A stretch of DNA of 64,000 nt, taken from contig OZ219753.1 of NCBI GenBank assembly GCA_964291315.2, positions 2,368,001-2,432,000 on the forward strand, in the 5' to 3' direction. The notes beneath the pieces were generated by a model. The model saw nothing but the letters and a program-made list of their open reading frames with translations, made no database searches and had not been told where the DNA came from. This DNA is from Candidatus Poribacteria bacterium (lineage in GTDB: Bacteria; Poribacteria; WGA-4E; WGA-3G). A program made the position numbers and the translations under genes. Position 1 is the stretch's first letter. Every line of letters begins with the position of its first letter. Shown here one piece after another: positions 1-8,327 of the stretch.

Positions 1-587
1 GCGTGTCTAACCCGTCTCTCCAAAGGCTCCAGCCACGCTGAACGAACAGGATCATACAAACCGAGAACCCCATCACGCTCGCCTAACTCTAAACCCAGCA
101 CAACCGACGGCAGACGATCCCCCACAAAACCTATCTCCTCATACACACCATCAACAAGACGATACCCGAGAAAAGAAGGCGACACCTCACCATAAGGATC
201 GTAAATGTAATACTCGCGCACCCCAAGCACCGACGCATACAGCTCACGCTTAGCAGTCAAGTCCTGCCTATACGTGCTGCGACTCGCTAACTCTAAGATA
301 AAATCGGGCGCATGTCCCTCTTCCCAGACCCGATAGGTGCGCCGCTGCTTTTTACTCACACCGAACACAACAAACACATCCGGCGATACCGATTTCCTCG
401 GGTTGCCCTCCTCATAATACAGCATCAGATTGCCAGAGACGTATGCATCGTTGACATCTTGGAAGTGGTGCTCCAGCATCTGAATGCAGTCGATCATAAG
501 TTTTCTGTGTTTGTCGGTTTCTGCCATAGGTTTATCGTCCGATTCGGGATAGACGAGCGTTGGAGCGGCTTTTATTTTGCTACACAT
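1..587 (-). CDS. Uma2 family (PD-(D/E)XK-like) endonuclease, copy 1; 3' end runs off the window
   Basis: Near-identical DNA to 931-1517 (offset 930); ATG at 587; same [17 protein letters not shown] start; not in the ORF track because it is truncated by the window edge. Confidence 0.9.
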   Translation of the reverse strand, partial: MCSKIKAAPTLVYPESDDKPMAETDKHRKLMIDCIQMLEHHFQDVNDAYVSGNLMLYYEEGNPRKSVSPDVFVVFGVSKKQRRTYRVWEEGHAPDFILELASRSTYRQDLTAKRELYASVLGVREYYIYDPYGEVSPSFLGYRLVDGVYEEIGFVGDRLPSVVLGLELGERDGVLGLYDPVRSAWLEPLERRVRH

Positions 588-632
588 AGGTCTGCCTCCT
601 GCCTCTACTATCGTAATGAACTTATAGAATAA

Positions 633-661
633 AGTATATCAGCAAAAGCTGGATATATCAA
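633..661 (-). promoter_or_regulatory. sigma70-like promoter of Uma2 copy 1 (repeated at 1563-1591 and 2535-2563)
   Basis: TTGATA-N17-TATACT on the minus strand; the spacer carries an imperfect palindrome (tatatcagc-aaaa-gctggatata). Confidence 0.6.
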
Positions 662-704
662 GTGGCTGATCTCAATAATTATCAAGGTTGCGTTGGGTAT
701 ATGA

Positions 705-1517
705 TTACGTGTCAGTTTTTAGGCGTTTGAGTTCAGCCAATGCGTCTGCGAGCTCTGCGTCTGCAGCGGCTGCTTGTTGTCGTGCTTCTTCTGCTTGATC
801 TTGAGCCTCTTGTCGTGCCTTTGCCTCTGCTTGTGCGCGGGCATCAGCCTCTTGTCGTGCCTTTGCCTCTGCTTGTGCGCGGGCATCAGCCTCTTGTCGT
901 GCCTTTGCCTCTGCGGCTGCGCGTGCATCGGCGTGTCTAACCCGTCTCTCCAAAGGCTCCAGCCACGCTGAACGAATAGGATCATACAACCCGAGAGCCC
1001 CATCACGCTCACCTAACTCTAAACCCAGCACAAGCGACGGCAGACGATCCCCCACAAAACCTATCTCCTCATACACACCATCAACAAGGCGATACCCGAG
1101 AAAAGAAGGCGACACCTCACCATAAGGATCGTAAATGTAATACTCGCGCACCCCAAGCACCGACGCATACAACTCACGCTTAGCAGTCAAGTCCTGCCGA
1201 TAGGTGCTGCGACTCGCTAACTCTAAGATAAAATCAGGCACCTGCCCCTCTTCCCAGACCCGATAGGTGCGCCGATCCTTTTTGCTGACACCGAAGACAA
1301 CAAACACATCCGGCGATACCGATTTCCTCGGGTTGCCCTCCTCATAATACAGCATCAGATTGCCAGAGACATATGCGTCGTTGACATCTTGGAAGTGGTG
1401 CTCCAGCATCTGAATGCAGTCGATCATAAGTTTTCTGTGTTTGTCGGTTTCTGCCATAGGTTTATCGTCCGATTCGGGATAGACGAGCGTTGGAGCGGCT
1501 TTTATTTTGCTACACAT
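705..1517 (-). CDS. Uma2 family endonuclease with C-terminal coiled-coil repeats, copy 2
   Basis: [29 protein letters not shown] and [15 protein letters not shown] motifs typical of Uma2/DUF820; Ala/Glu/Gln-rich tail. Confidence 0.9.
   Translation of the reverse strand: MCSKIKAAPTLVYPESDDKPMAETDKHRKLMIDCIQMLEHHFQDVNDAYVSGNLMLYYEEGNPRKSVSPDVFVVFGVSKKDRRTYRVWEEGQVPDFILELASRSTYRQDLTAKRELYASVLGVREYYIYDPYGEVSPSFLGYRLVDGVYEEIGFVGDRLPSLVLGLELGERDGALGLYDPIRSAWLEPLERRVRHADARAAAEAKARQEADARAQAEAKARQEADARAQAEAKARQEAQDQAEEARQQAAAADAELADALAELKRLKTDT
805..930. repeat. 42-bp tandem repeat x3 (encodes [14 protein letters not shown])
   Basis: Unit gcctcttgtcgtgcctttgcctctgcttgtgcgcgggcatca; third unit is variant. 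Confidence 0.95.
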
Positions 1518-1634
1518 AGGTCTGCCTCCTGCCTCTACTATCGTAATAAACTTATAGAATAAAGTATATCAGCAAAAGCTGGATATATCAAGTGGCTGAT
1601 CTCAATAATTATCAAGGTTGCGTTGGGTATATGA

Positions 1635-2489
1635 TTACGTGTCAGTTTTCAGGCGTTTGAGTTCAGCCAATGCGTCTGCGAGCTCTGCGTCTGCAGCGGC
1701 TGCTTGTTGTCGTGCTTCTTCTGCTTGATCTTGAGCCTCTTGTCGTGCCTTTGCCTCTGCTTGTGCGCGGGCATCAGCCTCTTGTCGTGCCTTTGCCTCT
1801 GCTTGTGCGCGGGCATCAGCCTCTTGTCGTGCCTTTGCCTCTGCTTGTGCGCGGGCATCAGCCTCTTGTCGTGCCTTTGCCTCTGCGGCTGCCCTGGCAT
1901 CGGCGTGTCTAACCCGTCTCTCCAAAGGCTCCAGCCACGCTGAACGAACAGGATCATACAAACCGAGAACCCCATCACGCTCACCTAACTCTAAACCCAG
2001 CACAAGCGACGGCAGACGATCCCCCACAAAACCTATCTCCTCATACACACCATCAACAAGACGATACCCGAGAAAAGAAGGCGACACCTCACCATAAAGA
2101 TCGTAAATGTAATACTCGCGCACCCCAAGCACCGACGCATACAGCTCACGCTTAGCAGTCAAGTCCTGCCGATACGTGCTGCGACTCGCCAACTCTAACA
2201 CAAAATCGGGCGAATGTCCCTCTTCCCAGACCCGATACGTCCGCCGCTGCTTTTTACTCACACCGAACACAACAAACACATCCGGCGATACCGATTTCCT
2301 CGGGTTGCCCTCCTCATAATACAGCATCAGATTGCCAGAGACGTATGCATCGTTGATATTTTCGAAGTGGTGCTTGAGCATTTGAATGCAATCCATCATG
2401 AGGTCTCTGTGTTTCTCGGTCTCTGCCATAGGTTTATCGTCCGATTCGGGATAGACGAGCGTTGGAGCGGCTTTTATTTTGCTACACAT
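1635..2489 (-). CDS. Uma2 family endonuclease with C-terminal coiled-coil repeats, copy 3
   Basis: Paralog of 705-1517 with one extra 14-aa repeat. Confidence 0.9.
   Translation of the reverse strand: MCSKIKAAPTLVYPESDDKPMAETEKHRDLMMDCIQMLKHHFENINDAYVSGNLMLYYEEGNPRKSVSPDVFVVFGVSKKQRRTYRVWEEGHSPDFVLELASRSTYRQDLTAKRELYASVLGVREYYIYDLYGEVSPSFLGYRLVDGVYEEIGFVGDRLPSLVLGLELGERDGVLGLYDPVRSAWLEPLERRVRHADARAAAEAKARQEADARAQAEAKARQEADARAQAEAKARQEADARAQAEAKARQEAQDQAEEARQQAAAADAELADALAELKRLKTDT
1735..1902. repeat. 42-bp tandem repeat x4 (encodes [14 protein letters not shown])
   Basis: Same unit as 805-930 with one more copy. Confidence 0.95.
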
Positions 2490-2694
2490 AGGTCTGCCTC
2501 CTGCCTCTACTATCGTAATGAACTTATAGAATAAAGTATATCAGCAAAAGCGGGCTATATCAAGTTTTTTCATGAAGAGCAAAGTGGGGATATTCGTGTT
2601 ATTATCTGCCCCTAAAATTTCAGATAGATGGAGGTTAACGTATCTTGCCTTTCTGACGCTGCGTGAAGAAAACAAAATAGGCAGCGGCTGGGGT

Positions 2695-2737
2695 AAAAAA
2701 CGTTGGGGGTGAAACATACGTTCCACCCCCAACGTTT
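2695..2737 (-). terminator. Rho-independent terminator downstream of the lamin-tail gene
   Basis: Perfect inverted repeat aaacgttgggggtg...cacccccaacgttt, followed by a T-run on the minus strand. Confidence 0.85.
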
Positions 2738-2788
2738 GATACGTCAGATTCAGATATGTCTTTGTCTCTCTAGAACCGATGCGGTCTG

Positions 2789-5674
2789 CTATCTAGCAGA
2801 CGATTTCAGCTCTCCCCAACGCGTCGTGAGCTTACCCCTCGCAGAGACATCCCCACGCAGATGCGTCGTCCGTAAGGTTGTGCGCACCCCGTCCATAGAG
2901 ACATCTTCTATCTGGTAATAATACACCACGTTAGGTTTCGCAGTGGTATCTCTGTATTTATATACATGCTTCTCAGACGTCGTGCCGTGTCCCGCAATCA
3001 GACCCTCGGCGTTGATAACCGAAAACTCACCCGTCTTGCTCTCACTGCGTAGGATGTTGAACCCCGCATTGTTGAGTTCGGACTGCGTTACCCACGTAAT
3101 CTCAACGTGGCCTGTCGAGGCGTCGCGAACAGGACGGAAACTCGAGAGCGACACGGGCAGCGGGCCACCGAGCCGATAGCCGGGCGTGCCGATATCGTCA
3201 CGATGTCCGTAGTACGTCAATGAGGCATCCACAAGCTTCCGCCAAGAGGCTTTCATCAAACCAGGATCCGCATCATGCGGACCAGAACTCCCCCCTAGGG
3301 CGAAGATACCGCCATACTTGCGCACAATAGACATCCGCACATCCCCACGCTTCGGCAGCTCCCACGCACGCTTGCGCAGACCATCCGCTATCTCAACGTT
3401 GCCAGCTGTGTCTATGACCCGCAGCTGCGACTGACCGTCTTCGCTGACCTTCGCACGAAGCTCCAGATGGAAGCCCTCCGCACTTAGCAGCCGGCGACCG
3501 TTCGTCGTCAACCCGAGATCGCTACGATGCTTCTGCTGCAAATTGTATACGTAGTTCTCCGGCACATCGTTCACACCGCTCTTCGACACCAGCAGCAACG
3601 TCTGATTCGGCGGGATATACGTCTCCGCATCAAATGTGAACGACGCATCTACATACGCATCTACGTTTGTGTCCGAGTTGCGGATCTCAAACTCCCAACC
3701 CGCAAGGTTTACCGTCTCCATCATAGAACTATTGTAGAGCTCTATCCACTGCACCAAGTCCCACCGCGGTCCCGCATCATACATGATCTCGCTGATCGTC
3801 ACCGCACCCGCAAACGCGTAGTCGTCATCCGTCGACGAGGTATCTCTATCGTTAGCGATCATGCCCACTGCCATGTTCGGATACCCCGGCGTGCCAGGGG
3901 AACTCACCTTGTCAATCACTTTATCTTTGCCGCGATCGTAGCCAGCACCCATGAAACCAAACGACTGCCAGTCGTCTTTGTGGACACGATTCGCACGAGA
4001 CTTCGCCCAATACATCCCCTTCGCGTTTAAGTGCACACCGCGACCGAACGACGCACTCCGAGAAGAGAAGGTGTTCATACCACCGAAGTCGTTATCATCC
4101 ACATCTCCCGGCTTCGACCAGCCCACGAACGGCCAGAGGTACGTGTTGAACTTCTTATCTTCCATGCGCTTGAAGAAACCGTTGCCAGCGTAGTCTTTGA
4201 TGTTCGTCGGCTTGCCAACATCATCCGCATGATTCCGCGTGCGCAACAGGATCAGGAACTTGCCCGTAGCAGGCAGACTCAGATCCTTCGCAACCGCATA
4301 CTTGTGCGTCGCCCCCATGTTGACGTCCGTTCTGTCCAACAGGTTGCTAACGTTCACACCCCCAGCGAGCTTAACGCTCTTCCCAGGCTCCCGGTTATAG
4401 ACCACCAGATACTCCCCAGGCCGCATCTTGTATTTCGGCAGCACCGCAAGGCTCGTCTCCGTGAAGTTGGCATCCCCAGACTCGTTATACCCGCTACCAT
4501 CAGACTTCATCTTCCCCATCACCAAGCTCAACTTATAGTTCTCTATGCTTATAGGGGCAGCCGCCGCGTCATCGGTATTATAGAACAACTCTACCCAATC
4601 CAAGTTTGTGTTTGACGGGTCGTTGTACACCTCATTGATGATGATGCCAGTAGCCGCGATATCGGCAGGCGCCTTATCAAACCTCACTACACTTGGACCG
4701 CCAAAAGGCACGTGAACGCTGCCCGGGGAACCGATGAAGTGCTCGGTCATGTTTGCTTTGCTGAGCGACTCCTTCCAGGAGTCCAGTTTGCTGCCGTCAC
4801 CGAGGCCATCCAATTTACCATCTTTGAGCGCATACGCCTTCCCTGTGCTGTCGAGTTTGATATCCCGATACATAGAGACCAAAGGCTTCGGAGGCAGACC
4901 GACATTTGCGTTGCCATCGGTATCACCGTCTTGACCCGGCGCATCCGGGAACCAATTCCGCCCCCAACGATCGATCGTTGACATACTATCCAAAACGACA
5001 TAATACAGGGTCGACCTAGAGACTTGTCGTCCCCACCTCTCCCCCGGAGCAGGCATCTGGGTAGAATCACTATATGGCCATAGCTGGACGAGATCACCAT
5101 CTTTCAAAGGCTTATTGACGTAAGTTTCAACCCATTGGGCTGCTTCATCCGGCTCGGGGTGATCATCACCCTCAGTTCTCGCAGCGGCATTCTGCGCCCA
5201 CATTATCTCGCTGATAACTATTGCGTGCTTGAGCTCCATAAACTTGGCTTTTGTCTCGTCAGTAAGTTTATCGGCTGCTACTGTCAACTCTGCGTTTTCA
5301 TCGCTAAGCGTGAACTCTTTGCCCACGTTGAAAGCCCGGTCACTACTGGTCGCAATTTTCAGGGTAAGAAATAACCCGCCGCCTCCGCGGAATAGGTTCT
5401 GAAGCTCCTCCCACTCATTAAAGCCGCCCTGGTTCCGCTGTGTCCCTTTTACCGTGTCCACGATGCCGTGGTCTTCTATTTTGGGTTCTGTGTTAGCAGG
5501 AAGTCCTATGCCGGGTGTGAAAGTTCGTCCGGCTGTGAAAATGTAAAACCCTTTCTCCGCTTCCCATTCGTCATCAAGCGTAAGAGCGGAAACCTGGGAG
5601 GTTGCGAAGAGGCACACCAGCCCCAACCCTACAAACAGTCTCATTTTATTACATAACATTGACATTAGTCTCAT
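2789..5674 (-). CDS. Secreted protein with about 3 lamin-tail domains (LTD), a C-terminal Ig/Fn3-like module and a Poribacteria-type C-terminal motif
   Basis: Signal peptide; IVISEIMW, IIINEVYN..DWVEL and VTISEIMY..QWIELYN repeats closed by SPG/TPG; LPVSLSSF..NAGFNILRS; ARGKLTTRWGELK; GAGGAG RBS. Confidence 0.8.
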   Translation of the reverse strand: MRLMSMLCNKMRLFVGLGLVCLFATSQVSALTLDDEWEAEKGFYIFTAGRTFTPGIGLPANTEPKIEDHGIVDTVKGTQRNQGGFNEWEELQNLFRGGGGLFLTLKIATSSDRAFNVGKEFTLSDENAELTVAADKLTDETKAKFMELKHAIVISEIMWAQNAAARTEGDDHPEPDEAAQWVETYVNKPLKDGDLVQLWPYSDSTQMPAPGERWGRQVSRSTLYYVVLDSMSTIDRWGRNWFPDAPGQDGDTDGNANVGLPPKPLVSMYRDIKLDSTGKAYALKDGKLDGLGDGSKLDSWKESLSKANMTEHFIGSPGSVHVPFGGPSVVRFDKAPADIAATGIIINEVYNDPSNTNLDWVELFYNTDDAAAAPISIENYKLSLVMGKMKSDGSGYNESGDANFTETSLAVLPKYKMRPGEYLVVYNREPGKSVKLAGGVNVSNLLDRTDVNMGATHKYAVAKDLSLPATGKFLILLRTRNHADDVGKPTNIKDYAGNGFFKRMEDKKFNTYLWPFVGWSKPGDVDDNDFGGMNTFSSRSASFGRGVHLNAKGMYWAKSRANRVHKDDWQSFGFMGAGYDRGKDKVIDKVSSPGTPGYPNMAVGMIANDRDTSSTDDDYAFAGAVTISEIMYDAGPRWDLVQWIELYNSSMMETVNLAGWEFEIRNSDTNVDAYVDASFTFDAETYIPPNQTLLLVSKSGVNDVPENYVYNLQQKHRSDLGLTTNGRRLLSAEGFHLELRAKVSEDGQSQLRVIDTAGNVEIADGLRKRAWELPKRGDVRMSIVRKYGGIFALGGSSGPHDADPGLMKASWRKLVDASLTYYGHRDDIGTPGYRLGGPLPVSLSSFRPVRDASTGHVEITWVTQSELNNAGFNILRSESKTGEFSVINAEGLIAGHGTTSEKHVYKYRDTTAKPNVVYYYQIEDVSMDGVRTTLRTTHLRGDVSARGKLTTRWGELKSSAR

Positions 5675-5889
5675 TCTCCTCTGTTGTTAAGTTAAAGATA
5701 ACGTGAGTTTCAAAAAAGATTTAGCGGAGCTCTTTTGTAGCATGGCCTGTGCGCCTATGCCTCTTCGGCGCCTCTTACACAACCTGTTAGGCCATGTGAG
5801 TGCTCTCTTTATCCAAAGATGAACTCAATAATTATCAAACTCGCGTTAAAGATAGACAATATTATAGAGATGGAACAGAGGCCACAGAT

Positions 5890-5982
5890 CTATTCCGTCT
5901 CCATGGATCCGACTTTATGCTCAGGAACCGCCTCAGCCCCCGATATTAGTGTCGTTTTCTGTTGAAATTTTCTGATTTTCAT
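5890..5982 (-). CDS. Putative 30-aa uORF (MKIRKFQQKTTLISGAEAVPEHKVGSMETE) in the leader of the LTD gene
   Basis: ATG at 5982 downstream of TTGACT-N18-TATCAT (about 6025-6054); G5 tract at 5937-5941; the +1 frame encodes RFLSIK, shared with the leader at 62154-62171. Confidence 0.3.
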   Translation of the reverse strand: MKIRKFQQKTTLISGAEAVPEHKVGSMETE

Positions 5983-6182
5983 GTGCGTTCTCGTTGCGTC
6001 TTAAACGGTCAAAGAACGTTATAATATGATACAATACTATAACGCAAAAAGTCAACAAAAAATAACAGAATATTTTGTTAGCGGCGCGATTATCACTCCT
6101 GCTATCTTCTGCACACGATGCTCCTATGCTTCGGATTAAATAAACCGGTTAGAGAACCAAAACGGTGGGCAGTTTATGAAGT

Positions 6183-7271
6183 TCACGTTAAACTATAGCA
6201 TTCCCGCGCGTTTTCAGACAAGATTTTGCGTGTCAGCGATCGCGACAATTGTGTGGGGAGAGCGGCCTCGGGCGAGTCGAAATGCCAATGCGGGTAGTCG
6301 CTTGAAAACATCAACATATCTTCTGAGTCAAGCTGCCCCAAAATCTGAAGCAGTTCCGCGGCTGTTGGCGGTGCATCAATCGGTTGAAGAGTCATGCGGA
6401 TGTGTTCTCGGATATACGCTGATGGCGGCCGCTTTAACCAAGGCGTCAGTCCACGCAAACCTCGCCACTCTTTATCGAACCGCCACATCAACGAGGGCAT
6501 CCAAGTGACACCCGTTTCTATAAGCGCGACGCGCAAGTATGGAAATGTATCAAAAACACCCTCCGACACAAGGCTCAGCACCTGCGCCTGAAATACTTGT
6601 GACATGCCAACGTACTCCTCTAAATAGGTTGAGGGCCATCCGACAGAGGTCGGCGGCAGTCCCGGGGCACCACCGTAGTGGATACCGATGACCAGATTAT
6701 GACGAGCAGCCGCGGCATAGAGAGGATGATAACGTCTATTGCCGTAAGGCACTTGTGATCGAGCAGGCAGCAGTATCTGCACAAACCCCGGATGTGCGCC
6801 TAGACGCTCAACCTCCCGGGCAGCGAGTGCGGGGTTCTGACTTGGAACAATCAGTGAACCCCGTAGGCGCGGCTCCGGGTCGAGCCAGTGTTCAATCTGC
6901 CAATCATTGACTGCGGAAGCGAGCGCTGCCGCGAGGTCTTCGTTGTGCACGCTCTGGGCACGAAACCCACAAGTGAGTATACCGGTTTCAACCGCCCAGA
7001 AATCGAGGGCGTGCTTCCGCAACAGTGCAAGGTCCGATGCCGGGCGACCTTCTAACGGCTGCCTAATCTCCGGGCGCTTTGAAGTCGCCACACCGTCCGG
7101 ATAGTCGTTCGCATCTGGCCCAGGAAACCCCGACTCCTCACAATAGTCACACCAATAATCCGGTAAATAGGGGTAGAGCATCCGAAGCGACGGAAGACGG
7201 TTATGCAGGTCACAGTCAATTATAGACATGCCGTCTTGAACGAAACCGGGTTTGGAATTCTCCGTATCCAT
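6183..7271 (-). CDS. Amidohydrolase family 2 protein
   Basis: IIDCDLH, IGIH, LIETGVTW and MFSSDYPHW motifs. Confidence 0.85.
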   Translation of the reverse strand: MDTENSKPGFVQDGMSIIDCDLHNRLPSLRMLYPYLPDYWCDYCEESGFPGPDANDYPDGVATSKRPEIRQPLEGRPASDLALLRKHALDFWAVETGILTCGFRAQSVHNEDLAAALASAVNDWQIEHWLDPEPRLRGSLIVPSQNPALAAREVERLGAHPGFVQILLPARSQVPYGNRRYHPLYAAAARHNLVIGIHYGGAPGLPPTSVGWPSTYLEEYVGMSQVFQAQVLSLVSEGVFDTFPYLRVALIETGVTWMPSLMWRFDKEWRGLRGLTPWLKRPPSAYIREHIRMTLQPIDAPPTAAELLQILGQLDSEDMLMFSSDYPHWHFDSPEAALPTQLSRSLTRKILSENARECYSLT

Positions 7272-7307
7272 ATATTTTTCCTCTTAAATTTTTTTCTCCT
7301 TAACGCT

Positions 7308-8327
7308 CTATTTTCCACCATACGTGTGCCAAAATAGAATGTGTTCGCCTTCCCACCCGTGCGCTTTTATGTAATGAACGAGTGCCGCTAACGTTTTGCC
7401 GGTGTACGTATTTTCAAGCGTGATGCCTTCGTGCTCATGCATCATCTTGACAGCGTGTCTGCTGGCTTCTGTTGGTAGGGCGTATCCTTTGCCAAAATCC
7501 TCATGCCAGAGCTCCATGCGCTGGTACCTGATAGCATCGGTGTCCGCTGCATGGATAAGGCGCAAGGTCCGTTTTACCATGCGGGAGATTGCCCACGAAT
7601 TTGTGACCGCCCAATCCGCAACTCGTACCCCCACGATGTGCGTTTGCAGCCCCGCGATTCTCGTACCGACTATCAGGCCGGCGACCGTACCACAGGTTCC
7701 CACGGGTATGAAGATAAACCGTGGCTCAGGTAAGAGCCCCTCTTCAATTTGCGATTTCAACTCTGAAACCGCTTTTACATAGCCGATAGAGCCGAGCGGC
7801 GAGGAACCGCCGGCCGCGATGAAATAGCGTTTTGCGCCGAGCCGAAGAACCGTCTTCAGCCGTTCATACCCGTAAAGTGCAAACAGAGCACTGATGTGCT
7901 GAGCCACGTGGATCCGATCTGCCTGCTCACAAATTGTACGATAGTTTGCTTCAGAATATTCGGTACGCGGCTGCTTAAAAAGCAGACATTCTACTCGAAA
8001 ACCGGACACTTTACCGTAGACAACTGTTGCCCGGACGTGGTTAGAGCCTGTTGGACCGATTGTAAAGAGTGTTTCCCTTTCATCTCCCTTCGAGTCTGCC
8101 CGTGCTGCAGCGAACAGATACTCCAGTTTTCGTACTTTGTTGCCGCCGCCTAGCGGGCCACTCAAATCGTCTCGCTTAATCCAGAGCGATTTGAGACCCA
8201 GCGCGCGTCCAAGGTTCGAAAGCCGCTGCACAGGGGTTGGAAAATTTCCGAGCGGAAGACGTGGAATTGATTTAATCATTTCTTCGATGGAGACTCGCCT
8301 CTTTCTATTACACAATACCGCTTTCAA
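7308..8327 (-). CDS. PLP-dependent ACC deaminase/D-cysteine desulfhydrase family protein
   Basis: TPVQRL, WIKRDD, GGNKVRKLEY, VGTCGTVAGL, LENTYTGK and LFWHTYG motifs. Confidence 0.85.
   Translation of the reverse strand: MKAVLCNRKRRVSIEEMIKSIPRLPLGNFPTPVQRLSNLGRALGLKSLWIKRDDLSGPLGGGNKVRKLEYLFAAARADSKGDERETLFTIGPTGSNHVRATVVYGKVSGFRVECLLFKQPRTEYSEANYRTICEQADRIHVAQHISALFALYGYERLKTVLRLGAKRYFIAAGGSSPLGSIGYVKAVSELKSQIEEGLLPEPRFIFIPVGTCGTVAGLIVGTRIAGLQTHIVGVRVADWAVTNSWAISRMVKRTLRLIHAADTDAIRYQRMELWHEDFGKGYALPTEASRHAVKMMHEHEGITLENTYTGKTLAALVHYIKAHGWEGEHILFWHTYGGK

Larger units (their letters stand above)
1..2565. repeat. Tandem direct repeat; unit = Uma2 gene + 117-bp intergenic region (period 930/972 bp), at least 3 units
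   Basis: Start codons at 587, 1517 and 2489; intergenic 588-704 is nearly identical to 1518-1634, and its first part recurs at 2490-2565. Confidence 0.95.

Noticed and set aside
805-1902. 42-bp repeats as a CRISPR array
   Set aside because: The units are contiguous with no spacers, lie in frame inside Uma2 ORFs, and no cas genes are present
1-2489. Uma2 copies as DGR template/variable repeats
   Set aside because: Differences are not adenine-specific, many are synonymous, and there is no reverse transcriptase in the window
5735-5800. Glycine-riboswitch-like GCGCCGAAG within a hairpin
   Set aside because: The stem catggcct/aggccatg exists, but the GGAGA and CUCUCAGG elements are missing
5824-5838. 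15-mer ctcaataattatcaa shared with the Uma2 intergenic region; Fur-box-like
   Set aside because: A short AT-rich match is expected by chance in 64 kb, and it does not fit the 7-1-7 Fur geometry
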